Positions 178,106 to 190,177 of a DNA stretch of 248,000 nt are shown in pieces. The stretch is taken from NCBI RefSeq assembly GCF_000737315.1, contig NZ_JMCB01000006.1:20001-268000 (forward strand), in the 5' to 3' direction. This stretch comes from Hyalangium minutum (GTDB lineage: Bacteria > Myxococcota > Myxococcia > Myxococcales > Myxococcaceae). The notes beneath the pieces were generated by a model, which worked only from the letters and a program-made list of their open reading frames with translations, was not told the origin of the DNA and searched no databases. Position numbers and translations under genes: made by a program. Numbering within the stretch: the stretch's first letter is position 1; every line of letters starts with the position of its first letter.

Positions 178106-178633
178106 GTGAACACAGCCCGTATCGAAGTCCTGGGGAACGCCATCCTCTCCGCGATGGAGGCGATGAAGATCGCTCCCGAGCGCGCTCAGCGCATCTTCGC
178201 GGAGCACGGCATCACCCAGCCGGAGAAAGACGCGTGGTACCCCGTGGACAGCGTGCTGCGGGCGTACCGGGACATCTTGAAACAGATCGGCCCGAACACC
178301 ATGAAGGCGGTGGGGCGCAACATCCCCAAGAACGCGGAGTTCCCCCGAGGCCTCACCACGGTGGAGCAAGCGCTGAAGTCCCTGAACACGGCCTACCGGA
178401 TGAACCACCGGGGTCCGGGCGGCATCGGCGGCTACCACTACGAGTCCACGAGCGCGAGGGCGGGGCAGGTCACCTGCGACAACCCGTATCCGTGCCCGGT
178501 GGACGAGGGGCTGGTGGAGGCCATCGCCGAGCGCTTCAAGCCCAAGGACGCCTTCTTCATCCGCCTGCATCATGATCCGGCGACGTGCCGGGGCCGTGGG
178601 GACGCCGCCTGCGTCTACCACGTGGCGTGGTAA
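178106..178633 (+). CDS. Small HNOB/V4R-like hypothetical protein
   Basis: AWYP, GGYHY, CDNPYPC, CRGRG..ACVY. Confidence 0.7.
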   Translation: MNTARIEVLGNAILSAMEAMKIAPERAQRIFAEHGITQPEKDAWYPVDSVLRAYRDILKQIGPNTMKAVGRNIPKNAEFPRGLTTVEQALKSLNTAYRMNHRGPGGIGGYHYESTSARAGQVTCDNPYPCPVDEGLVEAIAERFKPKDAFFIRLHHDPATCRGRGDAACVYHVAW

Positions 178634-178644
178634 GGGAACGGCGG

Positions 178645-179184
178645 ATGCCGCAACGCTTTCAGTTGGAGAAGTTCGAGGTGCAGGGCCAGGCCATCATGTC
178701 GGTGGTCGCGGCCATGGCCCTCATCCAACACCGAGCGCTGAAGATCCTCGCGGATCGCGGCATCACCCCGCTGGAGAAGGACCGCTGGTATCCGCTGGAT
178801 CGGCTCATGGAGGTCTTCAAGACCATCAGCACGGAGATTGGTCCCAACACGGTGAAGGCGGTGGGGCGGAAGATTCCGGAGAACGCGCAGTTCCCTCCGA
178901 ACCTCAAGACCATCGAGGAAGGCTTCCGCTCCATCGACGTGGCCTACCAGATGTGCCACCGAGGCCCAGGGAACGTGGGGGGCTACCACTACGCGCCGAC
179001 GGGCAGCCGCACGGCTCGGATGGTCTGCGACAACCCGTATCCGTGCGGCCTGGACGAGGGGCTGCTGGAGGCCATCGGAGAGCGCTTCCGGCCCATCGAC
179101 TCGCTCTGGGTGCGGGTGGAGCACCCACCCGGCCCCTGCCGGAAAAAGGGTGCGGCCTCCTGCACCTACAACCTGTCCTGGTAG
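178645..179184 (+). CDS. Small HNOB/V4R-like hypothetical protein (tandem paralog)
   Basis: RWYP, GGYHY, CDNPYPC, CRKKG..SCTY. Confidence 0.7.
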   Translation: MPQRFQLEKFEVQGQAIMSVVAAMALIQHRALKILADRGITPLEKDRWYPLDRLMEVFKTISTEIGPNTVKAVGRKIPENAQFPPNLKTIEEGFRSIDVAYQMCHRGPGNVGGYHYAPTGSRTARMVCDNPYPCGLDEGLLEAIGERFRPIDSLWVRVEHPPGPCRKKGAASCTYNLSW

Positions 179185-180371
179185 CTGCGCGCTGCGCGAG
179201 CGGTCCCCCCTCCCAGCACCCCGAGCGCCACGAGCGCAAAGCCACCTCCCACGAGGCACACGCCCGTCCAGCCGAAGCGCACCCACGCCGAGGTGCCCAG
179301 CCAGGCGCCAGCGGCTCCTCCCACGAAGTAGGTCACCATGTAGACGGTGTTGAGCCGGCTGCGCGCCTCGGGGCGTAAGGAGTAGACGCGCGTCTGGTTC
179401 GAGATGTGGTTGGACTGGGCTCCCAGGTCCAGGAGGATGACGCCCAGCGCGATGCCCCACAGCCATTGCCCAAGCAGCGCCAGCACGACGAAGGAGGCCA
179501 GCAGCACGCCAATGGCCAGCGCGTTGATCTTCCGGTCCCCTCGGACGTCCGCGTAGCGCCCCACGAGCGGCGCCGCGGCCGCTCCCACGACTCCCACCGC
179601 GCCGAAGAGGCCCGCTGTCTGAGGACCGTAGTGCTCGGGCAGGCTCTGGAGGTAGAGGGCCAGCGTGGCCCAGAAGGCTCCGAACGAGCCGAAGGTGAGC
179701 GCTCCCAGCAGCGAGTGGAGCCGCAGCACGGGCTCCTCGCGCACCAGTCCTCCGATCGATCGCAGCAGTGCACCGTAGGGCATGGCCGCCACGGCCTCCT
179801 GAGACGGAAGGGCCAGCCGCAGGACTCCCGCCATCACCAGCATCAGTCCAGCGCCGATCCAGAACATCGCTCGCCAGCCCAGGTGCGTGCCGATGAAGCC
179901 CGCCGCCGTGCGCGACAGGAGGATGCCAATGAGCAGCCCGCTCATCACCGTGCCCACCACCCGCCCGCGCTCGGCCGGCGGGGCCAGATGCGCGGCGAAG
180001 GGCACCAGGAGCTGAGGGACGACGGTGGTGATGCCCACGGCGAAGCTCGCCGCCACCATCCACGCCAGGCTCGGCGCGAGCGCTGCGCCCATCAAGGCCA
180101 GGCTCACCAGCACCGTCATGGTGACGATGACGCGCCGCCGCTCGAGGCTGTCTCCCAAGGGGACGATGAGCAGCATGCCCGCCGCGTAGCCCACCTGTGT
180201 CATCGTCGGAACCCAGCCGAGCGCACTGCCCATCGCGCCCAGCTCCCGCCCGATGTCTCCCAGCAGGGGCTGGTTGTAATAGAGGTTGGCCGCCGCCATC
180301 CCCGAGGCTCCCGCCATCAGCCACACCAGGCCGGAGCTCAAATGCCCCGGCTGTCCTTCTGATTCGCCCAT
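179166..180371 (-). CDS. MFS transporter
   Basis: NLYYNQPLL, PLGDSLERR; 12 TM. Confidence 0.92.
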   Translation of the reverse strand: MGESEGQPGHLSSGLVWLMAGASGMAAANLYYNQPLLGDIGRELGAMGSALGWVPTMTQVGYAAGMLLIVPLGDSLERRRVIVTMTVLVSLALMGAALAPSLAWMVAASFAVGITTVVPQLLVPFAAHLAPPAERGRVVGTVMSGLLIGILLSRTAAGFIGTHLGWRAMFWIGAGLMLVMAGVLRLALPSQEAVAAMPYGALLRSIGGLVREEPVLRLHSLLGALTFGSFGAFWATLALYLQSLPEHYGPQTAGLFGAVGVVGAAAAPLVGRYADVRGDRKINALAIGVLLASFVVLALLGQWLWGIALGVILLDLGAQSNHISNQTRVYSLRPEARSRLNTVYMVTYFVGGAAGAWLGTSAWVRFGWTGVCLVGGGFALVALGVLGGGTARAARSYQDRL

Positions 180372-180508
180372 CTCGACCGAGCCCCCTGCTTCCTGTTCTC
180401 GCGGGACTGTCCCTCAACGCTATGACGAAAGCATGACGGAAAGATGGCGGACGCCCGGAGATCACCGCTGGCGGACTTCATACCCTGCACGTTGGGAGGA
180501 GCCCACCG

Positions 180509-181105
180509 ATGGTCCCATTCGGCACCGGACAGCAGAAGAGAGGCGCCATCCATCCCAGCCTCGAGGCGGGAGGAGCGTGGCTCGGTTGCATGGGGATCTT
180601 CACAGGCCTGCTGTGGTTGTCATCGCAGCTACCCGCACGGCCCTCGGCGGCGGAGGAGAAACCACCGGAGCGCCCTCTCGCTGTGGCTCCTGTGCCTCCT
180701 CCCCTGCCCGAAGAGAAGGCCGAGCCCTTTGGGACGGACCTCGTGCTGAACCCCGCGCGCATGGGCGATGAACTCAGTTGCTCCGGCCCCAACGAGGACG
180801 TGATCCCCTTTGGCGTGGGCATGACGCGGCCGGAGTTCCTCTCCGGACCTGCGCTCGTACACACGCCCGAGGCACGCGAGGCCCACGTTCAGGGCCTCAT
180901 CATCGCCAAGTGCACCGTGACCTGCCGGGGTGAAGTCCGCGGCTGCCGCATCATCAAGCCGCTACCTTATATGGAGCAGGCCGCGCTCGACGTGCTCCAG
181001 AGCCGCCGCTACAAGCCCACGCGCTACCTGGGCAGGCCCGTCACCGTCTCCTATTTCTTCGGGCTCCGCGTCGAGCCTCCGGTGGACCCGCCCCCCTCTC
181101 CATAG
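180509..181105 (+). CDS. TonB C-terminal domain protein
   Basis: MTRPE..YT.EA..VQG...C.V...G, YKP...GRPV. Confidence 0.8.
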   Translation: MVPFGTGQQKRGAIHPSLEAGGAWLGCMGIFTGLLWLSSQLPARPSAAEEKPPERPLAVAPVPPPLPEEKAEPFGTDLVLNPARMGDELSCSGPNEDVIPFGVGMTRPEFLSGPALVHTPEAREAHVQGLIIAKCTVTCRGEVRGCRIIKPLPYMEQAALDVLQSRRYKPTRYLGRPVTVSYFFGLRVEPPVDPPPSP

Positions 181106-181139
181106 ATAGCACTCGGATGCCGCACTCCCGCCAAGCGCC

Positions 181140-183563
181140 CTACTCGGCCCGCAGCGTGAGGCCCGGATCCACCTTGGCCGCCCGGCGCGCGGGCAACCAC
181201 GCCGCCACCAGGCCCACCGTGCCCAGCAGCGCCGCGCACCCCAGCAGCGTGGGGATGTCCGCCGGAGTCACTCCATAGAGGAGACTGCGCGCCACCTGCG
181301 CCAGCCCCACCGCCGCCGGGAGCCCCACCAGCAACGCAATCCCCAACATCCGCCCCACCGAGCCCACCACGAGCCGCACCAGGTTGCGCTCCGTCGCTCC
181401 CAATGCCCTGCGGATCGACAACTCGCGCGTGCGCTGGGTGATGCCGTAGGACACCACGCCCCAGATGCCCAGCGCCGCCAGCACCAGCGCCAGCCCCGAG
181501 AGCGCGGACAGCAGCGCCAGCAACAGCTCATGGCGCTGCCGGCTCCTCGCCACCAGCGAGCCAAGCTGCTCCAGCGCGGGCACCGGCAGCTCGGAGTCCA
181601 CGCCGTGCACCGCCTCGCGCACCTGCGCCAGCGTGGGCGCGGGCGTGCCTCGCATGAGCAAGTACAGCTGCGGCGGCCCCACCTGCGCCACGGGCCAATA
181701 GAACGCCGGAGCCGGAGCCGCCGTCAGCTCGCGGTGGCGCACGTCCCCCACCACGCCCACCACCGTCCACCACGTCTCACGGTCGATGGTGAAGCGGCTG
181801 CCCAGGGGCTCCCGTCCCGCGAGGAAGCTCCGCACGAAGGCCTCGTTGACCACCGCCACCGGAGCACTCCCCCAGGCGTCCGTCGAAGCCAGGAGCCTGC
181901 CCGTCTTCAGCGGCACGCCCAGGGCCTCAAAGGCGCCAGGGCTGACCACGCGGTGCTCGGCGCTGCGAGGCACTCCCGTGGCATCCGTCCCCTCCACCGT
182001 GACAGTCGACGAGGTGGTGGAGCCCCCCAGGTGCAGCTCCCGCTGCACCCCCACCGACTGAACCCCCGGGAGCGCCGCAACGGCCTCCTCCAACCGGTGG
182101 GCGGCGCGAATGCGCGAGGCCTCGTCCGGGTAGCGCTGGGCCGGCAGTTGCACCGCCGCGGACACCACGCCCTCGGCGTGGAAGCCCAGATCCACGGAGG
182201 AGAGGTGCGCGAGCGTCCGCACCAGCAGCCCCGCCCCCGTGAGCAGCACGAGCGCCAGGGTGAGCTGCACCACCACGAGCCCCGAGCGCAGCGGGTGGCG
182301 AGCCCCCGTGCTGCCGTGGCCGCCGCCCAGCAGCGGCAGGAGCGAGGCCCTCGAGGAGTCCAGCGCTCGCACCAACCCCAGGAGCACCGCCACGGCGCCA
182401 CAGAGTCCCGCTGTGAAGAGCAGCACGGGCAGGTGGAGCGTGGGCGGGGCCAGGTTCCGCAGCGCCGTGGGCAGCAGCGCCGAGAGCGCATCGGTCCCCC
182501 ACAGCGCCAGGAGCAGTCCCACCACGCCGCCCAGCAGCGACAGCAGGAGACTCTCGGCGAGCGCCTCGCTCACGCGGCGGCCCACGCTGGCCCCCAGCGC
182601 GGTGCGGATGGCGCCCTCCCGCCGGCGGTGCATCGCACGCGCCAGCATCAGGTTGGCCACGTTGGCGCAGGCAATGAGGAGCACGAAGGCCGCGGCGCCC
182701 CACAGCGCGAACACCACGCCCCGCGCCCGCCCCGTCACATCCTCCTGCCAGGCCAGAGCGTGCACCGTGTGCGCCGACTCCGTGGCGTCACTGGACTCGC
182801 GGGTGCCTCGCAGCATGGCACTGCGGCGGAGGGCCGCCTGGCGCGCGGACTCCATCGGCACGCCGGGCTTCAGCCGTCCCATCACCGACAGCATGTGGTT
182901 GCCTTGGGCCTCCGAGGAGGTGTCCAGGTGGAGGGGCAACCAGACCTCCACTTCGCGCGAGGAGTCCCCCAGCGCAAAGCCCGGCGGCAGCACCCCCGCG
183001 ACCCGCACGCTGGTGCCATCCAGCCAGAGCGTCTGATCCGCTGCCGCAGCCGCGGAGGTGAACACCCGCGTGGCCAGCCCGTTCGAGATGAGGGCGGAGG
183101 ACGCCGCCCCTGGGAGCGCATCCTCGGGCGTGAAGGCACGGCCTGCGGCAGGCGCCACGCCCACGACGGAGAGGAAGTTCGGGGTGATGCGGGCCGCCAG
183201 GAGGCGCTCGGGCAGCTCGCCACCCGTGCGGTTGACGAAGGTGTAGTGGAAGCTCATCACCCCACTGAAGGCCTGCGCCTCCTCGGCCCAAGCCGCAGCC
183301 TCGGGCTGGGAGACACTGCCGACTCCCCCCGAGGGCTGGTTGCAGTACAGCCGCACCAAGTCCCCGCTCTGGGGAAAGGGCAGCGGGCGCAGCACCAGCG
183401 CATGCACCATGCTGAAGATGACGGTGTTGGCCCCCAGCGCCAGCCCCAGCGTGAGCACCACGGCGAGGGTAAAGCTGGGGGTGCGGCGCAGACCGCGCCA
183501 GGCGAACCGGGCGTCTCTGAGGAAAACTTCCATAGGGGCGACAGCCTCCGGAGCCCCCATCAA
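181140..183563 (-). CDS. Duplicated ABC permease (MacB/FtsX, ADOP-like)
   Basis: Two MacB_PCD/FtsX units, IACANVANL. Confidence 0.92.
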   Translation of the reverse strand: MMGAPEAVAPMEVFLRDARFAWRGLRRTPSFTLAVVLTLGLALGANTVIFSMVHALVLRPLPFPQSGDLVRLYCNQPSGGVGSVSQPEAAAWAEEAQAFSGVMSFHYTFVNRTGGELPERLLAARITPNFLSVVGVAPAAGRAFTPEDALPGAASSALISNGLATRVFTSAAAAADQTLWLDGTSVRVAGVLPPGFALGDSSREVEVWLPLHLDTSSEAQGNHMLSVMGRLKPGVPMESARQAALRRSAMLRGTRESSDATESAHTVHALAWQEDVTGRARGVVFALWGAAAFVLLIACANVANLMLARAMHRRREGAIRTALGASVGRRVSEALAESLLLSLLGGVVGLLLALWGTDALSALLPTALRNLAPPTLHLPVLLFTAGLCGAVAVLLGLVRALDSSRASLLPLLGGGHGSTGARHPLRSGLVVVQLTLALVLLTGAGLLVRTLAHLSSVDLGFHAEGVVSAAVQLPAQRYPDEASRIRAAHRLEEAVAALPGVQSVGVQRELHLGGSTTSSTVTVEGTDATGVPRSAEHRVVSPGAFEALGVPLKTGRLLASTDAWGSAPVAVVNEAFVRSFLAGREPLGSRFTIDRETWWTVVGVVGDVRHRELTAAPAPAFYWPVAQVGPPQLYLLMRGTPAPTLAQVREAVHGVDSELPVPALEQLGSLVARSRQRHELLLALLSALSGLALVLAALGIWGVVSYGITQRTRELSIRRALGATERNLVRLVVGSVGRMLGIALLVGLPAAVGLAQVARSLLYGVTPADIPTLLGCAALLGTVGLVAAWLPARRAAKVDPGLTLRAE

Positions 183564-183625
183564 AGCAGGTTCCGCGCCAACCCCGCCGGGAGCCTCCCCC
183601 CTGCGAGCCGCCGAAGGGCCTCGCC

Positions 183626-184474
183626 TCAGACGAGCGGAGGCTGTCCGGTGCTGGGACGGCCCGTCCCGAATGCGGACACCGGGTGTGAATCCACCGGGGA
183701 CTCCCGGTACGAGCGGAGCTGACCGAAGAACCCGTTCGCCAGCGCATCCCTCCGGGCCAAGAGCCGCCGCTTCACCTCACGGAGCTCCTGCAGGGCCTCC
183801 CGGTGCTCCATCGAGAGCCAGGACAAGGACGAGGGCCGGGAGAACAGCTCATCCAGGCGCCGCTCGAACGTCTCGGCCTTCTCCACGAGCTGCCCCGACA
183901 CCATGTCCGCGTAGCTCGCGTATCCCCGCCGGATGACCAGATCCAGGGTGAGCACGCCCGCGCCCCAGCACAGGCGGGTGTACGCGGTCCAGAGCCCCAC
184001 CTGCTTCCGCATGACGTCACTCTGCGACAGGAGCGCCTCGGCGACCGCGATCAACTGCACGACGCTCCGGTACAGCTCCGTCCACAGGCCCGTGGCACGC
184101 TCCGCCTCCCGCGCGGCGAAGTGCATCTTCACCAGCTGGACGGCGGAGAGCAGCTGTCCCAGCAGCAGCATGTCCAGCGGGGCGGCCGTCACCGGCCTCT
184201 GCACGGACCGCTGGACGATCTCCTGAGACAGGGCCCGGAGCTGGCTCTCGGCGCTGAGCATGCGCGAGTCCAGGGCCTCGTGGAGCACGAGAGGAACCAG
184301 GGGCCGCAGGCACTCGGCCAGGGTGTCCTGATCCACGCGGGCCTCGCGGATCAACTGGATGATACGTCCTGTCTTGCCGTCTCGAATGACTCCGCCTTCC
184401 AGGTAGAGCTGGCCAGCCTCGATACCCTGCTGGACTTCCTGAGCGATCCCCCACTTCGCTTCCATGACGGGCAT
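183626..184474 (-). CDS. Hypothetical protein
   Basis: GGVIRD..GRIIQLIRE N-terminal motif, helical body. Confidence 0.55.
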   Translation of the reverse strand: MPVMEAKWGIAQEVQQGIEAGQLYLEGGVIRDGKTGRIIQLIREARVDQDTLAECLRPLVPLVLHEALDSRMLSAESQLRALSQEIVQRSVQRPVTAAPLDMLLLGQLLSAVQLVKMHFAAREAERATGLWTELYRSVVQLIAVAEALLSQSDVMRKQVGLWTAYTRLCWGAGVLTLDLVIRRGYASYADMVSGQLVEKAETFERRLDELFSRPSSLSWLSMEHREALQELREVKRRLLARRDALANGFFGQLRSYRESPVDSHPVSAFGTGRPSTGQPPLV

Positions 184475-184719
184475 GTCTCGCGCCTCCCACGGCTCGAATA
184501 CCCGACTCGGAGGCGAGGCACCGCTGGCCACGGCCGGGCCTCGGCGGGAAACGTCCAGAACCCGGTGACTGGAGCGGTAGCCACGCGCGCTCGCTTGCAC
184601 TGGTGAACGGTCGCCCGCTGCACGGCACCGCCCCCTCAAAGTCTCATGATTTGAGCAACAAACCCTCGGGCCGCAGGCCGGTGGGGTGATTGTCGCTCAG
184701 AGGAGGTACGCTTGCGTGC

Positions 184720-185718
184720 ATGGATGACCAGCGCCACCACGACGCACGGACCCCACGCGGGAGCACGGACTCTGGCCTCTCTCGCCGGGAAGTCCTCGCC
184801 GCGGGGCTCGGCAGTGCCCTCCTCCTGGGTGCCGGCCCCGCCCAGTCTCCCTCCCAGGGCTCCGCCTCGGGCCCGGCCTCCGACGAGAAGCCCGCGATGA
184901 TCACCCGCCCCATCCCTCGCACCGGCGAGCAACTGCCCGTCATCGGGCTCGGCACGTGGCAGACGTTCAACGTGGGCACGGACGCCAAGGAGCGCGCCCC
185001 GCTCAAGGACGTGCTCAAGCGCTTCCTCGAGCGCGGCGGCCGCGTCATCGACTCCTCGCCCATGTATGACCGCGCCGAGCTCGTCGTGGGTGACTTGCTC
185101 ACGGAGCAGGGCCAGCAGCGCGCGCCCTTCCTCGCCTCGAAGGTGTGGACCATGGGCAAGACCGAGGGCGAGCAGCAGATGCGCACCTCCATCCAGCGCA
185201 TGGGCCGCGGGCGCATGGACCTGATGCAGGTGCACAACCTGGTGGACGTGAAGACGCACCTGGCCACCCTGCGCGAGTGGCAGGAGGCCGGCCGCATCCG
185301 CTACGTCGGCGTCACCCACTACCAGCCCTCGTCCTTCGACACGCTGGAGAAACTCGTCCGCCAGGAGGCCATCGACTTCGTGCAGCTGCCCTACTCCATC
185401 GTCCAGCGCGAGGTGGAGAACCGGCTGCTGCCCGCCTGTGCCGAGCGCGGTGTGGCGGTGCTCGTCATGAGCCCCTTCGAGCAGGGCGGCCTCTTCGAGA
185501 AGGTACGCGGCAAGCCGCTGCCGCCGTGGGCCGCGGACTTCGACTGCTCCAGCTGGGCGCAGTACTTCCTCAAGTTCATCCTCGGCCACCCCGCGGTGAC
185601 GTGCCCTATCCCCGCCACCAGCAACCCCAAGCACCTCGAGGACAACCTCAAGGCCGGCTTCGGCCGTCTGCCCGACGAGAAGACCCGCGCCAAGATGGTG
185701 AAGCACCTGGGCCTCTGA
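184720..185718 (+). CDS. Aldo/keto reductase with Tat-like leader
   Basis: SRREVL, IDSSPMY, DLMQVHN. Confidence 0.9.
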   Translation: MDDQRHHDARTPRGSTDSGLSRREVLAAGLGSALLLGAGPAQSPSQGSASGPASDEKPAMITRPIPRTGEQLPVIGLGTWQTFNVGTDAKERAPLKDVLKRFLERGGRVIDSSPMYDRAELVVGDLLTEQGQQRAPFLASKVWTMGKTEGEQQMRTSIQRMGRGRMDLMQVHNLVDVKTHLATLREWQEAGRIRYVGVTHYQPSSFDTLEKLVRQEAIDFVQLPYSIVQREVENRLLPACAERGVAVLVMSPFEQGGLFEKVRGKPLPPWAADFDCSSWAQYFLKFILGHPAVTCPIPATSNPKHLEDNLKAGFGRLPDEKTRAKMVKHLGL

Positions 185719-185813
185719 GCGCTCGCCCTCCCGCCTGCACTCCTGGGAGACGGGCTCTCACCCTGGGTGTCCTCTCCACGCACCGCTGCTTACCCTGAGC
185801 GCGGGAGGCATGC

Positions 185814-186362
185814 ATGGCCAAGAAGAAGGCGGAGAAGAAGGACGGAAGCCAGAAGGACGCCATCACCCACCTCGGCGAGCTCATTCACGGCATCAAGGTG
185901 GCGATGATGACGACGGTGGAGAGCGACGGCAGCCTGCGCAGCCGTCCCATGTGGACGCATGACCGGGACTTCGATGGGGAGCTGTGGTTCTTCACCCGCG
186001 AGCACTCGGCCAAGGTGGGTGAGGTGGAGCATGACCACCACGTGAACCTCTCCTACGCCGAGCCCGGCAAGGACCACTTCGTCTCCGTCAGTGGGCGCTG
186101 CCGCCTGGTGCTCGACAAGGAGAAGGCCCGCGAGCTGTGGAACCCCTCCTTGAAAGCCTGGTTCCCGGACGGCCTGGAGGACCCGGAGCTTGCGCTGCTC
186201 TGCGTCAAGGTGGAGAAGGCCGAGTACTGGGACACGGCCGACAGCCGCATGGTGCAGCTGATCGGCTTCGTGAAATCCGTCCTCACTGGCGAGCCGTACA
186301 AGCCCGGCGAGAACGAGAAGGTGCAACTGGGCTCGGAGGATGCGGGCCTCAACGTGCACTGA
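185814..186362 (+). CDS. Pyridoxamine 5-phosphate oxidase-like general stress protein
   Basis: LRSRPM, ELWNP..KAWFP.G.EDP. Confidence 0.88.
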   Translation: MAKKKAEKKDGSQKDAITHLGELIHGIKVAMMTTVESDGSLRSRPMWTHDRDFDGELWFFTREHSAKVGEVEHDHHVNLSYAEPGKDHFVSVSGRCRLVLDKEKARELWNPSLKAWFPDGLEDPELALLCVKVEKAEYWDTADSRMVQLIGFVKSVLTGEPYKPGENEKVQLGSEDAGLNVH

Positions 186363-186404
186363 GCGGCCCCTTCCGGACTGAGACACAGGGGCTCTGCTGT
186401 TTCA

Positions 186405-186446
186405 CACCCACCCGGCGCACCGAGCGCCCGGTGGGTGCGTCTTTTG
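186405..186446 (+). terminator. Intrinsic terminator
   Basis: cacccacc..ggtgggtg stem followed by cgtctttt. Confidence 0.65.
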
Positions 186447-186695
186447 TCGCACCCGGGTTTTACTCAAGGGAGCAAGCGCGCTGGCTTCTTCCTCGGGGGC
186501 CGCCCTCTGAGCATTTCAGTGAAATCGTGGTAACGGAGCGGCGTTGAACTTCAAAACGCTTTAGAGTATCAACCATCCGCATCCGAGAGTTTCCCCCTTC
186601 CGGGGGACCGTGCCAGGCCGGGGCCAGCCGCATCCGCGGACTTGAGGGGCGTCACGAGGGCGGGACTCAGCCCGCAGCCTCGAAGGAACCTACAT

Positions 186696-188010
<1,315 letters not shown>

Positions 188011-188027
<17 letters not shown>

Positions 188028-188943
188028 CGCCAAGACCGGGTCGAAGACGTTCACGTGGCTCGTCACCCTCGCGGCGGCGGGCCACCTCGTCTTCGTCACC
188101 GCGATGGGGAGGCTGCGGTGGGAGCACGCCGCGGCCGACCTGTTGCTTGCGGGGCTGGCTTGGGCCGGCCCCGCGCCGCGGCGTTTTCTCCAAGGCGGCT
188201 TCCCGCTGTGGCTCACCGGCATGCTGCTGGACAACCAGTGGCTGTGGCTGGGCCTGCGCGGCCGCGTCCACACCGGGGACTTGTGGGAGCTGGAGCGTGT
188301 GCTCTTCCCGTGCCCGGACGGCACCACCTGGCCTGCGTACTTCGCCACGCGCACCCACGCGGTGCTCGATTTCTTCTGCGGCTTCTCCTACGCGGCCTAC
188401 CTCTACGAAGTCTTCGGACTGGCGCTGTTGTTCTTCTTCCGCAAGCACCCGCGCTTCGCGACCATGTGCTGGGCCTTCTGCCTGCTGAACGCCATGGGCG
188501 TGGTGACGTACATGCTCTACCCCGCGGCGCCTCCCTGGTACGTGATGGCGTACGGCCCCGGTCCCGCGGACCTCACGGCTCCACCGAGCCCCGCCGGCAC
188601 CGCGCGCTTCGACGCGCTGATGGGCATCAGCTACTTCGCGAAGTTCTACGCCCGCAACCCCAATGTCTTCGGGGCCATGCCCTCGCTGCACGCCGCCTAC
188701 CCGACCCTGGTCGTCTGGCAGTCGTGGGGGTTGGGCCGGAGCTGGCGCGTGGGCACCATTGCATTCGCCGCACTGGTGGCGTTCTCCGCCATCTACCTGC
188801 AACACCACTACATCTTGGACGTCGTGGCGGGAGTGGTTGCCGCTCTGGCCGCCTGCTGGATTGTTGAGTACGCCCTCGTCCGGCGTGAATCTCCAGCTTC
188901 CGCGACCGTCCCCGTCATGCCTGGAGGCGACAGCCGTGCTTGA
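188011..188943 (+). CDS. Aur1-like inositol phosphorylceramide synthase (PAP2 superfamily)
   Basis: YPAAPPWY, FGAMPSLHAAY, YLQHHYILDV. Confidence 0.8.
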
Positions 188944-190177
188944 AACCCTGATGGCCTGGATCATGGGAGACCTCTCCCCTTCCGCGCGAATCTGGACGGC
189001 GCTCGGCCCGGCGCTGCTCGCGTGTGCCTACTTCATCCTGGGGCTCGTGGCGTTCTGCGTGCGCGTGGCCATCAAGGGCGTGCCGCAGGATGAGGAGACG
189101 CTCAAGCGCGGCAGCACCATCCTGGTGGGCATGTTCCTGCGCCACTACTTCTTCTGGGTCACCCAGCCCCTGTGGAAAGTGATTTACCGCTCGGGGCTGC
189201 CGGCCAACGCGCTGTCCATGCTGTCGGGCCTGCTGGGCGTGTCCTCGGGCGTGGCGGTGGCGGCGGGGCGCTTCACGCTGGGCGGCTGGCTCTTCCTGGC
189301 CTCCGGCATTCTGGACGTGATGGACGGGCGCATCGCCCGCATCCGCAAGCAGGCCAACCCGGCCGGCGCGGCGCTGGACTCGGTGCTGGACCGGTACGTG
189401 GACTCGGCCATGCTGATGGGCCTGGCCTGGTACTACCGGGACAACTGGGTGCTGCTGCCGGTGCTGGTGGCGTTCCTGGGCACCTCGCTGGTGCCGTACG
189501 TGCGCGCCCGCGGCGAGGGCCTGGGCATCAACATCCGCGGCGGCGCCATGCAGCGCCTGGAGCGGGTGCTCTTCCTGGGCGTGGGCGTGGCGCTGGCGCC
189601 CATCTTCGAGGCCATCTGGTTCCCCGAGCAGAAGCACCCCATGCACTGGCTGGCGGTGGTGGGCATCGTCTTCGTGGCCATCATGAGCAACGTGACGGCG
189701 TTCTCGCGGTTCCGGGCGCTCGTCAACGCGCTGGCGCCGCCTCCTCCTACGAGCCGCAAGCGCTCGGGGCTGGCAATCCTGGGCCTCAACGCGCTGGCGG
189801 GCGCGGTGGCCACGGGCGTGGACTTCGTGTCCGTGCTGGGAATGGTGGAGAAGCTGAGCTTCACGCCCGTCATCGCCACGGCGCTGGGGTGCGTGCTGGG
189901 TGGGGTGGTGAACTACTCGATGAACCGGCTGCTGACATTCCGCAGCCAGAGCGCGGTGGCGCCGCAGCTTGCCCGTTATACGTTGGTGAGCGCGACAAGC
190001 GCGCTGCTCAACGCGGGGGGTGTGGCGTTGCTCACGCTGCACCCGCAATTGGCGTACACGCTGGGATGGTGGTTGGCTCGAGGGGCGGTGTACTTCGCGT
190101 GGAACCTCCCCCTCCAGCGGGACTACGTCTTCAATGACCCGCCGGAGGCGCTCATGGAGCGCCCTCATGCGGCATGA
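188936..190177 (+). CDS. CDP-alcohol phosphatidyltransferase fused to GtrA-like domain
   Basis: DVMDGRIAR..GAALDSVLDRY motif; C-terminal four-TM GtrA. Confidence 0.88.
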   Translation: MLETLMAWIMGDLSPSARIWTALGPALLACAYFILGLVAFCVRVAIKGVPQDEETLKRGSTILVGMFLRHYFFWVTQPLWKVIYRSGLPANALSMLSGLLGVSSGVAVAAGRFTLGGWLFLASGILDVMDGRIARIRKQANPAGAALDSVLDRYVDSAMLMGLAWYYRDNWVLLPVLVAFLGTSLVPYVRARGEGLGINIRGGAMQRLERVLFLGVGVALAPIFEAIWFPEQKHPMHWLAVVGIVFVAIMSNVTAFSRFRALVNALAPPPPTSRKRSGLAILGLNALAGAVATGVDFVSVLGMVEKLSFTPVIATALGCVLGGVVNYSMNRLLTFRSQSAVAPQLARYTLVSATSALLNAGGVALLTLHPQLAYTLGWWLARGAVYFAWNLPLQRDYVFNDPPEALMERPHAA

